A program made the translations under genes and the position numbers. From NCBI GenBank assembly GCA_963793725.1, contig CAWCAY010000002.1, positions 91,526-155,525 on the forward strand: a stretch of DNA of 64,000 bases, in the 5' to 3' direction. The notes under the pieces are model-generated. The model made no database searches and had not been told where the DNA came from. It saw nothing but the letters and a program-made list of their open reading frames with translations. Of the stretch, positions 1 to 11,203 are shown in pieces (within the stretch, counting starts at the first letter, position 1; each line of letters opens with the position of its first letter). Origin of the DNA: an uncultured bacterium (GTDB taxonomy: Bacteria > JAUVQV01 > CAWCAY01).

Positions 1-190
1 ACATCGGCGACCCTATACTCCTCGAAAGAACTTGTCAAGGGGTGAAAAGAAGTTTTTTCACTTGGTCCCCCGGGGAACATTCGATGGTGACGGAAAGGCG
101 GCCGGAGCCTACAATTGGCACATGGCCCACAAGCATGATCAACGGCGGCTCGCCCCCGAAACGATCGAAGTCTCCTCCGCCCCAGGAGGG

Positions 191-850
191 ATGCTGACCG
201 TCGCTGCCACGCCACTGGGAAACCTGGGCGACCTCTCCCCACGCATGGTCGAGGCCCTGCGCCAGGCCGACCTGGTGGCCGCCGAGGACACGCGCCGAAC
301 GCGGGCGCTGCTCACCAGCCTGGAGCTCTCCCGCCCGCTGGTCAGCTTCCGCTCCCACAACCAGCAGCGGCAGACGGCGGCCATCCTCGAGCAGCTCCGG
401 CTGGGCCGCCGGGTCGTCCTGGTGACCGACGCCGGCACCCCGGGCATCTCCGACCCGGGGTTCCTGGTGGTCCGGGAGGCCGCCTGCCGGGGATTCGCCG
501 TGGACGGGATACCGGGCCCCTCCGCCGTCGCGCTGGCCCTGTCGATCTCCGGCTTTCCCGCCGAGCGTTTCGTCTTCGATGGCTTCCCGCCGCACAAGAA
601 GGGGCGGCGGACCCGCCTGGCGCAGATGGCCGAGGAGCCGCGCACGGTGGTCTTCTTCGAGTCTCCGCATCGCGTCAGGGCGGCCCTGGCGGCCCTGGCG
701 GAACTCTGCCCGGATCGGCCGCTGGTGGTCGCCCGGGAACTGACCAAGCTCCACCAGGAGGTGACCCGGGGAACGGTGGCCGAGGTGGCCGGCCTCCTCG
801 GGATCCGGGAACCGAGGGGCGAATACACGCTGGTCCTCGGGCCCCGGTAA
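191..850 (+). CDS. rsmI: 16S rRNA (cytidine1402-2'-O)-methyltransferase RsmI (tetrapyrrole methylase family)
   Basis: Family-typical motifs; start chosen at the ATG at 191 preceded by a GGAGG RBS. The track ORF from 32 extends upstream into non-homologous sequence. Confidence 0.85.
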   Translation: MLTVAATPLGNLGDLSPRMVEALRQADLVAAEDTRRTRALLTSLELSRPLVSFRSHNQQRQTAAILEQLRLGRRVVLVTDAGTPGISDPGFLVVREAACRGFAVDGIPGPSAVALALSISGFPAERFVFDGFPPHKKGRRTRLAQMAEEPRTVVFFESPHRVRAALAALAELCPDRPLVVARELTKLHQEVTRGTVAEVAGLLGIREPRGEYTLVLGPR

Positions 851-865
851 GTCCTATCCCCTGGA

Positions 866-1802
866 TCACCCCGCCCGCAGGTCCCGGTCGAGGTACCACG
901 CGGCGGTGGCCCCCTCGCCGGCAGCGGTGACGATCTGGCGCATCTCCTTGCTGCGGATGTCGCCGACGGCATAGACCCCCGGCACGTCGGTCCGGCCGAC
1001 GGCGTCGGTCGGCACGAAACCCTGCTGGTCGAGGGCCACCGTTCCTTTGATGAACTCGCTGTTGGGGGTGACGCCGACGAAGATGAACACCCCCTGCACG
1101 TCCAGGCGGCCCGTCTCCCCGCTCTTGACGTTGCGCACCCGCACCCCGGTGACTCCCGAAGCGTCGCCGAGGATCTCTTCGACCACCGAGTTCCAGGCGA
1201 AGGCCACGCCCGGCGCGGCGAAGAGTTCCTCCTGCTCCCTGGGCTTGGCCCTGAGCGCGTCACGGCGGTGGATCAGGGTCAGTCTGCTCGCGAACCGGGT
1301 CAGGAAGACGGCCTCCTCGACGGCGGTGTCGCCGCCGCCGACCACGGCCACCGGCTGCCCGGCGAAGAAGGCCCCGTCGCAAGTGCCGCAGGTACCAGAC
1401 ACCCCGGCCGATGTATTCCCCCTCGCCCGGAACGCCGAGCCGGTTCGACCGCGCCCCGGCGGCGATGATCACCCCCCGGCCCCGGACGGCCCCGGCGGCG
1501 GTGACGATCTCCTTGACCGGGCCGGCCAGGCGCGCGCCGACCACCTCGGCGGTCTGAATGGCGCAGCCGGCATCGCGGGCCTGCTTCTCCATCAGGGCAA
1601 TCAGTTCGGCCCCGCCCCCCCCGGCGAAACCGGGATAGTTGTCGACCTTCCAGGTGAGCAGCACCTGGCCGCCGGGGATGCTCCGCTCCAGGATGACCGT
1701 GCGCAGGTTGGCCCGGGCGGCATACAGCCCGGCGGAGAGACCCGCCGGCCCGGCGCCGATGATGATCACGTCGAAGACGTCGCCGTTCCGCTGGTCGCTC
1801 AT
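866..1802 (-). CDS. trxB: Thioredoxin-disulfide reductase, split into two frames by one frameshift near 1395
   Basis: N-terminal part (MSDQRNGDVFDVIIIGAGPAGLSAG...GRGV) is in the frame of ORF 1260..2639. C-terminal part (CGTCDGAFFAGQ...VYAVGD) is ORF 866..1402. The CxxC active site sits at the junction. ATG at 1802 with a GGAGAGAGG RBS. Confidence 0.8.
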
Positions 1803-2629
1803 AGGATCGGTTTCCTCTCTCCCTCCGGCTCGAGGACGGCCTCGGCCAGGCTCCCCGGGCGGTAGCCTACAAGGTCGGCCGACACGAAGGGGTAACCCGC
1901 CCGGCGCAGGGCCTTGGTGACGTCGCGGCGCATCGGCCAGCCCATCAGCCGCGCGAGATCCGCGTCCGGCACCTCGATCAGCGCCGCCGGGAAGTGGTCG
2001 CGCACCCGGACCATCGGGAACCCAATCTCGCGCAGCGCGGCCTCCGCCGCGCCGACACGCGCCAGGCCTTCGAGGGTGATCATGGTGTTGTACGGCATCC
2101 GGGTGGCCAGGCACGGGGAGGACGGACGGTCCGCTCCGGGAAGGCGGTGGATGGCCATCTGTCGGCGGATGTCCTCCTTGGTGAAACCCGCCTCGGCCAG
2201 CGGGCTGCGGACACCCAGTTCGGCCAGGGCCAGGAGCCCGGGCCGGAAGTCCTGCTGGTCGTCGGCCTGGCTGGCGTCGATCACCTGGCCTTCGCCTCGC
2301 CGGGCGGCCTCGTCGCGCAGCAGGTTCATGATGTATCTCTTGCAGAAGTAACATCGCTGCGGCGAGTTCAAGACGATCTCGGGGCGGCGCATCAGGTCGA
2401 GTGGCAGCACCAGGTGGCGGGCCCCCAGTTGCCCGGCCACCTTCTCGGCCCACTCGCGGTCGCCCGGCTGCAGGAACGGCGTGTCGACCGTCGCCGCGGT
2501 CGCCCGGTCGCCCAGCACGGAACGGGCGACGTACAGCAGGAAGGTGCTGTCGACGCCGCCGGAGAAGGCCACGGTGACCGCCCCCATGGACGACAGTATC
2601 GACTCCAGCTTGGCTATCTGACCGCTCAT
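1799..2629 (-). CDS. PP-loop ATP pyrophosphatase, LarE-like ATP-dependent sulfur transferase
   Basis: SGGVDS PP-loop, conserved CxxC..C pattern and overall similarity to LarE/TIGR00268. Its stop overlaps the trxB start (ATGA). Confidence 0.75.
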   Translation of the reverse strand: MSGQIAKLESILSSMGAVTVAFSGGVDSTFLLYVARSVLGDRATAATVDTPFLQPGDREWAEKVAGQLGARHLVLPLDLMRRPEIVLNSPQRCYFCKRYIMNLLRDEAARRGEGQVIDASQADDQQDFRPGLLALAELGVRSPLAEAGFTKEDIRRQMAIHRLPGADRPSSPCLATRMPYNTMITLEGLARVGAAEAALREIGFPMVRVRDHFPAALIEVPDADLARLMGWPMRRDVTKALRRAGYPFVSADLVGYRPGSLAEAVLEPEGERKPIL

Positions 2630-2757
2630 ATCGGGTCAACTCCCTTCGTGGTTGAAGGCTGCGGTTTCCTTGACGGACGCACTCCGGTCATCTATTCTCC
2701 CGGTCTGTCCGCCGGCGCCTCTGGGGCGTCACGGACCGTGCCTCCCATGATGATGGA

Positions 2758-4121
2758 GTGTACGGACCGCGGCGGCGTGCTGTCAAGGCGGAATCTCCCC
2801 TAGGGGCAACCCGGATCCATCGTCGCGGAGGCGGATTGATCGTACGGATCGAAGCACTGGTCTCGGAGGGCGCCGGACTGGCCCGGGACCCCTCCGGCAA
2901 GGTCGTCTTCGTGCCCCTGGCGGCTCCCGGCGACCTGGCCGAGGTGGAGACGGTCTCCTCCACACCCGGGTACGATCACGGACGCCTGGTCAGGCTGATC
3001 GAGCCCTCGCCGTCGCGCCGCACCCCCCCTGCCCGGCTTTCCCCGACTGCGGCGGCTGCCAGTGGCAGCACCTCGACTACCCGGCCCAACTGGCCGCCAA
3101 GGAGAGCATCCTGGCCGACGCCCTTCGGCGCATCGGACGTTTCCCATTCCCCGATCCGGCGCCGATCACCCCTTCGCCGGGCGAGTTCTTCTACCGCCAC
3201 CGGGTGCAGGTCAAGTTTCTCACCCGGGGAGGACGGCCCACGTGGGGTTTCTTCTCGGCCGCCTCCCACCGCCTGGTGGAAGTCCGCCGGTGCCTGATCG
3301 CCCATCCGGCCATCAACACCCTTCTTCCCTTGCTCGACCGCTTCCTGGCCGGTAACGGAGTTGATCCCCGCCTGGTCGGCACGGTCGAGATGGATGTCGA
3401 CGGGCCGGGCAGGAAGGTGGCCTGCATCCTCCACCCCCGGCGGCGCTCCATGGACCCCGGCGCCCACGGCGTCGCGACCGAGGTCCCCGGGGACGGCGGC
3501 ACCACGCTGACGGTCGAGTTGGCCAACGCCACCCGGGTGCGGCAAATGCCCGTGCGGCCCGGTTGGTTCACGTTCGACTCGGCCGGCTTCACCCTCTCCT
3601 CCGGGCCGGGAGTGTTCAGCCAGAACAACCTGTCGCTCAATCCGCTGCTGGTCGGGACGGTGCTCGATTTCGCCGCGGTGACGAAGGAGGACGTCGTGGC
3701 CGACATCTACTGCGGAGTGGGCAACTACTCCCTCCCGCTGGCGGCCCGTGCCGGCCAGGTCTGGGCGGTGGAGAACAACCGCATCGCCTGCCGGTACGGC
3801 GAGGCGAGTGCCGCCGCGGCCGGCCTGGGAAACATCCGCTTCATCCAGGAGAACGCCGGCGACGCCCTGAGCGGCATGCCGCCGAACCTGGCGGTGGCGG
3901 TCATCAACCCGCCGCGAGTGGGGGCGGCCGAGATCATGGCGGGCCTGGCGGCCGCGCGGCCGCGCCGGATCGTCTACGTGTCATGCAATCCGGCCACCCT
4001 GGCCAGGGACCTTGGCACGCTGGCCGGGCAGGGCTACCGGGTCACCCGCCTGGCGCCCTTCGACATGTTCCCCCAGACCCGCCACTTGGAAACGGTCGCC
4101 CTGGCCGAACGCCAGGAGTGA
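2758..4121 (+). CDS. rlmD: 23S rRNA (uracil-C5)-methyltransferase RlmD/RumA-like (TRAM domain, Fe-S cysteines, SAM methyltransferase); one frameshift in a C7 run at 3023-3029
   Basis: TRAM domain (GGLIVRIEALV...) lies in frame 1. CPAFPDCGGCQWQHL and the methyltransferase domain continue in the frame of ORF 3204..4121. The switch is inside cacccccccct. True start is uncertain; a TTG at 2836 is possible. Confidence 0.7.
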
Positions 4122-5006
4122 TCAGTCAGCCACCAAACGCGCGGTCCACTCCATCGGGTCGACCCGCACGTCGTTGACCACCATGCCCCAGTGCAGGTGC
4201 GGCCCGGTGACCATGCCGGTCTGGCCGACCTTGGCGATGACCTCCCCGGTGGCCACCCGGTCCCCCTCGGCAGCCACGAATTCGCTCAGGTGCATGTAGA
4301 CCGAGAAGATGCCCAGGCCGTGGTCGACGACGACGGTGCCGCCCAGCGTGGTGAACTTCCTGGCCAGGACGACCGTGCCGGCCGCCGGAGCCTTGACCGG
4401 CGACCCTTCCGCGCCGGCCAGGTCGACGCCGCGGTGGGTCCCCTGCCGCAGGCCCTTGTAGACGCGCCGGTTGCCGTACGGCGAGGTCACCCGCCCGGGA
4501 ACCGGCCGCTTGAAGATGCCCGACCAGCCTTGAGTGTCGCTCCGCCGGTCGAGGACCTCCTGGACGACCCGGTTTTCCTGCCGCATGATTTCCAGGAGCT
4601 TCGGGTCGCGGCTCTTGGGTGGGAGGGTGATGACGTCGGTGCGGTACTTGCCGGCGACCACCATCAGTTTCCCCTCGAACCGCCGCCGCCCGGCCTCCCC
4701 CTCCAGGGCAAGCACGTAGCCGTGGCCGCCGGGTTTGGCATCCAGCGGAACTCCGAGAATGGCCCTCAGGCCCTCTCCGTGCCGGTGCAGCGGCACGTCC
4801 CGGTCGATGAAGCGCACCGTTCCCGCGCTTGACCCGTCCCGGACCACGATGGTGAACGTCTTCCCCTGGGCGACCCGTTCCGGAACAACTATTCCCGGCT
4901 CGGCGGCACCGACGGGCGCGAGCGTGAACGCCGCCAGCGTCATAACCGCCACCACCACGCCAATCAGGTTCAGCACCCGGAGGGAGGAACGGCCGGCGGC
5001 CGGCAT
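4122..5006 (-). CDS. M23 family (LytM-like) metallopeptidase with N-terminal membrane anchor
   Basis: C-terminal HxxxD...HLHWG M23 signature. Start taken at the ATG giving MPAAGRSSLRVLNLIGVVVAVMTLA. Confidence 0.75.
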   Translation of the reverse strand: MPAAGRSSLRVLNLIGVVVAVMTLAAFTLAPVGAAEPGIVVPERVAQGKTFTIVVRDGSSAGTVRFIDRDVPLHRHGEGLRAILGVPLDAKPGGHGYVLALEGEAGRRRFEGKLMVVAGKYRTDVITLPPKSRDPKLLEIMRQENRVVQEVLDRRSDTQGWSGIFKRPVPGRVTSPYGNRRVYKGLRQGTHRGVDLAGAEGSPVKAPAAGTVVLARKFTTLGGTVVVDHGLGIFSVYMHLSEFVAAEGDRVATGEVIAKVGQTGMVTGPHLHWGMVVNDVRVDPMEWTARLVAD

Positions 5007-5065
5007 CCACGGATGGCCCGGGGAAGCCGTTCCGCTCACACGCTCACGCGTCCGACCCTTGCCGC

Positions 5066-5110
5066 CCGCCCCGCCGCGGAATCCTTCCCGCAATTCGCGG
5101 GCTTTCCGCG
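5066..5110. repeat. Nested inverted repeat (CCGCCGCGGAA...TTCCGCGGCGG with inner CCCGC-AATTC-GCGGG) in the intergenic space
   Basis: Direct reading; no U-tract follows, so probably not a classical intrinsic terminator. Confidence 0.3.
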
Positions 5111-5202
5111 GCGGGCCGGGCTGGCTGGGTCCCCGGCCGCTTGCCGCTACAGTTCGCTTCAGGCTTCCCCGGGCCATCCAAGATGCATGGTCGGCGCCGC
5201 CG

Positions 5203-6108
5203 CTATACATAGTGGAACCAGAAGGCGTAGCCGACCGCCGATGCCAGGGTCGACAGGCTGATGGTCGCCCCGGCCAGTTCCTCGTCGCCGCCCATCTCCC
5301 GGGCCATGACGTAAGTCAGCGTGGCCGTGGGCGCGGCCAGGATGAGCAGGGCCGGGCCGGCGAAATCGGCCGGGACGCGGGCCAGCCGGAAGAAGACCAG
5401 GCCCGCCAGCGGCAGGCCGACGAGCTTGATCGCCGTCGCCGTCGCCACCCGCCACAGGCGGCGGCGCAACTCCCGGAAGGAGAGCCCGGCACCGATGACC
5501 AGCAGGGCCATGGGAAGCGACATGTTGCCGACGATGTGCAGGCTCCGGTCGATCGGGACGGGGAGCGCGACGCCAACGAACGAGGTCGCCAGCCCGAGCA
5601 TCGAGGCGATCACGATCGGGTTGAGCAGGGCCGCCCGGACACCTTCGGCCGAGAGGCGGTGGGTCTTGCCCCAGCGCACCAGCGAGAAGACCGCCAGAGT
5701 GTTGTTCAGCAGGATCAGGAAGCCCGAGAGCACCCCGGCCCGTTGCAGTCCCCGGTCGCCGAGCGAGTAGAAGACCATGGCCAGGCCGATGTAGCTGGTG
5801 TTGCCGTGGACGGCGGCCTGCAGGAAGGTGCCCCGCGCGCCGGCCTCCATCCCGGTCGACAGGAGCCAGGCGGCGGCGAAGGCCAGCAGGACCGCGGCCA
5901 GGCTGAGAAGGATGGCCGGGGCGTTGAAGTGGCTCGAGAAGTCGGCCCGGGCGACTTCCCGGAAGATGAGCGCCGGCACGCCGACATAGAAGACCAGGCG
6001 GTTGGCCGAGGCGGTGAAGGCGTCGTCGACGAAACCGCGCCACCTGAGGAACAATCCCAGGAAGATGACGGCAAAGACCGGGAGGATATTCTCGATGATC
6101 GATTCCAT
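5203..6108 (-). CDS. AEC (auxin efflux carrier) family transporter
   Basis: Polytopic membrane protein matching the AEC/malate-permease family. Start at MESIIENILPVFAV. Confidence 0.75.
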   Translation of the reverse strand: MESIIENILPVFAVIFLGLFLRWRGFVDDAFTASANRLVFYVGVPALIFREVARADFSSHFNAPAILLSLAAVLLAFAAAWLLSTGMEAGARGTFLQAAVHGNTSYIGLAMVFYSLGDRGLQRAGVLSGFLILLNNTLAVFSLVRWGKTHRLSAEGVRAALLNPIVIASMLGLATSFVGVALPVPIDRSLHIVGNMSLPMALLVIGAGLSFRELRRRLWRVATATAIKLVGLPLAGLVFFRLARVPADFAGPALLILAAPTATLTYVMAREMGGDEELAGATISLSTLASAVGYAFWFHYV

Positions 6109-6221
6109 GGGCGCTCGATGGGCGGTATGGATAGCACAGAAGCCCACCCCTTGTCCATTCTTCCCTCAAAACCGTACCTGGATCGAATTTTTCTTGGAGG
6201 AATTCTTGAAAAGGTGTAATT

Positions 6222-8480
6222 ATGTGTCAAGGTTTCGGGGTGCACCGTGCAAGTTTCGACCGTAGGGAGTGGACCGTGGGCCCGACGGACAGGAATTCCC
6301 ACATAGAGGCCGAGTTGCAGGCCTCGGTCAGGCGCTGGATGGCGCGGACCATTCTCGGCGGGGCGGTCATCCTGGCCGTCCTGATGATCTTCGACCTCCT
6401 CGTCACCGGGCTCGACAGCCAGTTCGTCATCCTCCGCCTGGCCATGCTCGTCCTGCTGGCCCTCACCGCCGCGCTGGTCTGGAAGTACGACCGGGCCTCG
6501 CGGTGGTTCCATCACGTCTTGGGCTGGACGGCCCTCCTGGGAACAGCCGGGGCAATCGAGGCGATGATCCTGCAGCGCGGCGGCGACGCCTCCCCGTACA
6601 TCGCCGCCCACCTGCTGGTGGGCATCTGCGCCATCGGTTTCATCCCCGCGCCGACCTTTGTCCACGCCATCACCGCGCTCCTGGTCCAGTTCGTCTTCAC
6701 CATGACCGTGCTGCTCTTCTTCCCTCCGGTCGGCGAGAGCTACCGGGCCTTCATCGCCGGCAACATCCTGATGACCGCGCTCTTCGTCCTGGTCATGTTT
6801 CTCCGCTGGCAGAGCACCCGCAGCCTGGCCGCCGAGCTTGGCCTGCGATTCGACCTCGACGAGTCCGAGCAGCGGCACCGCGACCTTTTCGAGAACGCCA
6901 GCGACGCCATCTTCATGCTCGACTTGAACCACCGGTTCGTGGACGTCAACCGGCGCGCCACGGAGATATTCGGCTGGAACCGCGAGGAATTCCTGCGCAT
7001 GTCGGCCTTCGACCTGATCCCCCCGGAGAGGTGTGACATCTTTGGAGGGGAGTTCATCGAACACTCCGCCCTGGGGCGCTCCGAGACCTTCGAACAGCAG
7101 ATGCGCACCAAGGATGGGCGGAATCTCGACGTTGAGATCGGCTCGTCGTCGATCGTCAAGAACGGCCGGGTGACCGGCTTCCAGGACGTCGTCCGGGACG
7201 TGACCAACCAGCACCGTGCCGAGGAGGAACTCCGCCGGTCCCGGAAGGATCTCGAGCAGAAGGTCGAGGAGCGGACGGCGGCCCTGATCGACACCAACCT
7301 GACCCTGAGCCGCGAGGTGGGCGAGCGTCGGCGGGCCGAGGAACAGCTCCGGGAGCAGCTTGAGCGGCAGGGCGCCCTGCGGACGATCCAGACGGCCATC
7401 ACCTCGAGCCTCGACCTGGGGCTGACCCTGAACGTCTTCATCGAACAGGTGCGGGTCCACCTCAGGGCCGACGCGGCCACCATCCTGCTCTACAATCCCA
7501 AGAACCTCACGCTGGCGTTCGGCGCCGGCCGGGGCTTCTCATCGAACCGGATCCGGCGGGTCATCGTCAAGGCGGGCGAGAGCCTGGCCGGATCGGTGAT
7601 CATGCGGCGCGAGAAGCTGGCCATCCCCGACATGACGGCCAAGAACCTGCACCTGCCGACCGGCTTCGGCTACGAATTCCAGAACTCGTTCCTGGTGATG
7701 GAGGAGGGATTCAAGTCGTACGTCGGGATTCCGCTGCTGGCCAAGGGACAGATCATCGGCGTGCTCGAGATCTTCAACCGGTCCCCGCTGGTTATCGACG
7801 AGGCATGGAGCGAGTTCCTGGAGGCCCTGGCCCAGATGGCGGCCATCGCCATCGACAACTCGACCATGTTCGAGGAGCTCCAGCAGTCGCGCGACGAGGT
7901 GGTCATGGCCTACGACAAGACCATCGAGGGCTGGTCCCGGGCGCTCGATATCCGCGACAACGAGACCCACGGCCATTCCCGCCGGGTGACCGACATCACC
8001 GAGTTGGTCGCCCGCCGCATGGGCGTGCCCGAGGAGGAGCTGACCCACATCCGCCGGGGCGCCCTGCTGCACGACATCGGCAAGCTGGGGGTGCCCGATC
8101 AGATCCTGCTGAAGCCCGGCAAGCTGTCCGATGAGGAGCTGACGGTCATGCGACGCCACCCCGAGATCGCCTACGACATCCTCTCGCCCATCCCCTTCCT
8201 GCGTGACGCCATCGCCATCCCCTACAGCCACCACGAGCGTTGGGACGGCACCGGCTACCCCAAGGGGCTGCGGGGCGAAGACATCCCCCTGCCGGCCAGG
8301 ATCTTCGCCGTGGTCGACGTCTGGGACGCTCTCCGGTTCGACCGCCCCTACCGCCAGGCGTGGGAGGAGGCCAGGGTGCTCGATCACCTGGTGAACCAGA
8401 AGGGCACTCACTTCGACCCGGACGTGGTCGACGCCTTCTTGGACATCCTCCGCAACCAGATTTCCATACACTCCGGCTGA
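6222..8480 (+). CDS. Membrane sensor with PAS, GAF and HD-GYP domains (putative c-di-GMP phosphodiesterase)
   Basis: N-terminal TM helices, PAS (DAIFMLDLNHRFVDVNRRATEIFGW), a coiled coil, GAF, then HD ... HHERWDGTGYPKGL (HD-GYP). Exact start unclear (MARTILGG is an alternative). Confidence 0.8.
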   Translation: MCQGFGVHRASFDRREWTVGPTDRNSHIEAELQASVRRWMARTILGGAVILAVLMIFDLLVTGLDSQFVILRLAMLVLLALTAALVWKYDRASRWFHHVLGWTALLGTAGAIEAMILQRGGDASPYIAAHLLVGICAIGFIPAPTFVHAITALLVQFVFTMTVLLFFPPVGESYRAFIAGNILMTALFVLVMFLRWQSTRSLAAELGLRFDLDESEQRHRDLFENASDAIFMLDLNHRFVDVNRRATEIFGWNREEFLRMSAFDLIPPERCDIFGGEFIEHSALGRSETFEQQMRTKDGRNLDVEIGSSSIVKNGRVTGFQDVVRDVTNQHRAEEELRRSRKDLEQKVEERTAALIDTNLTLSREVGERRRAEEQLREQLERQGALRTIQTAITSSLDLGLTLNVFIEQVRVHLRADAATILLYNPKNLTLAFGAGRGFSSNRIRRVIVKAGESLAGSVIMRREKLAIPDMTAKNLHLPTGFGYEFQNSFLVMEEGFKSYVGIPLLAKGQIIGVLEIFNRSPLVIDEAWSEFLEALAQMAAIAIDNSTMFEELQQSRDEVVMAYDKTIEGWSRALDIRDNETHGHSRRVTDITELVARRMGVPEEELTHIRRGALLHDIGKLGVPDQILLKPGKLSDEELTVMRRHPEIAYDILSPIPFLRDAIAIPYSHHERWDGTGYPKGLRGEDIPLPARIFAVVDVWDALRFDRPYRQAWEEARVLDHLVNQKGTHFDPDVVDAFLDILRNQISIHSG

Positions 8481-8605
8481 TCCGTCCCCTGTTCGACCCC
8501 CGCGGCCATCTTGCCAGCCGCTCCCCCGGCGGGTAGACTGCCTGAAGATGCCGGTCGCGCGCCAGGCCGACCGGGCCTATCCCCGCCCAACCGGGAGGTC
8601 GATCA

Positions 8606-11048
8606 ATGGAACCGAACGCCGCGGCACCCGTCGAAACACCTTCCATCAGCGCCTACGGCCCGGCCCGGGCCACCGTTCCCGGGACCCCCCTCGACCCGGG
8701 CGAACTCCTCCTCATCGACGCCTGGTGGCGGGCAGCCAACTACCTGGCCGCGGGGATGATCTACCTCCACGACAACCCCCTGCTGCGCGAGCCGCTGCGC
8801 CCCGAGCAGATCAAGAACCGTCTCCTGGGGCACTGGGGCACGAGCCCGGGCCTTTCTTTCGTCTGGGCCCACCTGAACCGGGCCATCAAGCGCCACGACC
8901 TCGACATGATCTACATGGCCGGCCCGGGCCACGGGGCCCCGGGCGTCCTGGCGCCGATCTACCTCGAGGGGACCTATTCCGAGGTCTACCCCGACCAGAG
9001 CCGAGGACGAGGAGGGGCTGCTGCAGTTCTTCAGGCAGTTCTCCTTCCCCGGCGGGATCGGCAGCCACTGCACCCCCGAGACGCCGGGATCGATCCACGA
9101 GGGCGGGGAACTGGGCTACGTCCTGTCGCACGCCTGCGGCGCGGCCTTCGACAACCCCGACCTGATCGTCGCGGCGGTGGTTGGCGACGGCGAGGCGGAG
9201 ACCGGGCCGCTGGCCACCTCGCTGGCACATCAACAAGTTCCTCAACCCCGTCCGGGACGGCGCGGTCCTGCCGATCCTGCACCTGAACGGCTACAAGATC
9301 AACAATCCCACGCTGCTGGCCCGGATCAGTCACCGAGGAGTTGGACGACCTGATGCGCGGCTACGGCTGGACGCCCTACTTCGTCGAGGGCTCCGAGCCC
9401 GCGTCGATGCACCAGGCGATGGCCGCCACCATCGACAGCTGCGTCGCCGACATCGCCGACATCCAGAGGACGGCCCGCGACGGCGGGCCGGCCCGCGCCC
9501 GCGCTGGCCGATGATCGTCCTGCGCACCCCGAAGGGGTGGACCGCGCCCCGGGAGGTCGGCGGGCACACGCTCGAGGGCTTCTGGCGGGCGCACCAGGTG
9601 CCGATGGCCGGCGTGAAGAAGGACCCGGCGCAGCTGAAGCTGCTGGAGGACTGGCTGCGGAGCTACAGGCCGGAGGAACTGTTCGACGAGCAGGGAACCG
9701 TCCGGGCGGAGATCCGGGCGCTGGCCCCCGAGGGCAGGCTGCGCATGGGCGCCAACCCGCACGCCAACGGCGGGCTGCTGAAGAAGGCCCTGCGGATGCC
9801 CGACTTCCGCGACTTATGCCCTCCCCGTGGCCGAGCCGGGCAAGACCGAGGCCGAGAACACCAAGCCGCTGGGGATCTTCCTGCGCGACATCATGCGCGC
9901 CAACCCGTGCAACTTCCGGGTCTTCGGCCCGGACGAGACCACTTCCAACAAGCTCCACGCCGGTCTACGAGGCGAGCAAGAAGTTCTGGATCGCCGAGTA
10001 CCTGCCGGAGGACGCCGACGGCGGCGAACTGGCGCCCGACGGCCGGGTGATCGAGATGCTCAGCGAACACACCATGGAGGGGATGCTCGAGGGCTACCTG
10101 CTGACCGGCCGCCACGGCTTCTTCTCCACCTACGAAGCGTTCGCCCACGTCATCGACTCGATGTTCAACCAGCACGCCAAGTGGCTCGACGTCTGCAGCA
10201 ATCTCTCCTGGCGCGAGGAGGTCGCCTCGCTGAACCTGCTGATCACCTCGACCGTTTGGCGGCAGGACCACAACGGCTTCACCCACCAGGACCCGGGCTT
10301 CCTCGACGTGGTGGTCAACAAGAGCCCGCGGGTGACCCGCATCTACCTGCCGCCCGACGTCAACTGCCTGCTGTCGGTGGCCGACCACTGCCTGCGGAGC
10401 GAGAACTACATCAACGTCATCGTCTGCGACAAGCAGAACCACCTCCAGTACCTCGACATGGACGCGGCCATCAAGCACTGCACCAAGGGAATCGGCATCT
10501 GGGACTGGGCCATCGACCGACCGGGGCTCGGAGCCCGACGTGGTCATGGCCTACGGCCGGCGACATTCCCACCCAGGAGGCGCTGGCCGCCACGGTCTAC
10601 CTGCGGGAGGAGTTCCCCGACCTGAAGATCCGGTTCGTCAACGTGGTCGACCTGTTCAGGCTCCTGCCCGACTCGGAGCACCCCCACGGCCTTTCCGACC
10701 GGGACTTCGACAGCCTGTTCACCGTCGACAGCCCGGTCATCTTCAACTTCCACGGCTACCCCTGGCTGATCCACCGGCTGGCGTACCGCCGGACCAACCA
10801 CGCCAACCTGCACGTCCGCGGCTACAAGGAGAAGGGGAACATCAACACCCCGCTGGAGCTGGCCATCAACAACCAGATCGACCGCTTCATCGCTCGCCAT
10901 CGACGTGATCGACCGGGTGGCCAGGCTGCAGGTCGCCGGCGCCCACGCCAAGGAGCAGTTCAGGAACCTGCAGATCGAGTGCCGCAACTACGCCTACGAG
11001 TTCGGCATCGACAAGCCGGAGATCGGCCGCTTGGAAGTGGCCATACTG
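8606..11048 (+). pseudogene. xfp: Xylulose-5-phosphate/fructose-6-phosphate phosphoketolase, interrupted by at least 9 frameshifts
   Basis: Phosphoketolase sequence can be followed through track ORFs 8606, 9181, 9537, 9827, 10540 and 10905 with frame switches. The true C-terminus ...AAWKWPY* is in a different frame from ORF 10905. Examined indels look like single inserted C. Confidence 0.75.
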
Positions 11049-11203
11049 ATCCATCAGGCAGCGCGGGGTCCTGTCGACCGGCCACCTTCCCGCCGTGCTC
11101 CCGTGCGGTGCGCGCGGGGCAAATGGGACATCACTTCAGTGGTGTCCCGTCCTCCGTCCGGCGCCACCCCGCCCCGATCGACGGAATCAGAGAGGCCGGC
11201 GTA

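Noticed and set aside
1380-1400. trxB frame switch as a programmed frameshift
   Set aside because: No slippery heptamer or downstream structure. The switch sits at the CxxC active site, where an authentic single frame is expected. The same indel pattern occurs in many unrelated genes.
1260-2639. 459-aa minus-strand ORF spanning trxB and the larE-like gene
   Set aside because: Only its last 180 codons (the trxB N-terminus) are real. The rest is Arg/Gly/Pro-rich read-through in another frame, the usual open-frame artefact of 70% GC DNA. The same applies to most long overlapping ORFs in the track (e.g. 139..1263, 5715..7460, 11054..12271, 11911..13281, 52166..54082, 56524..58284).
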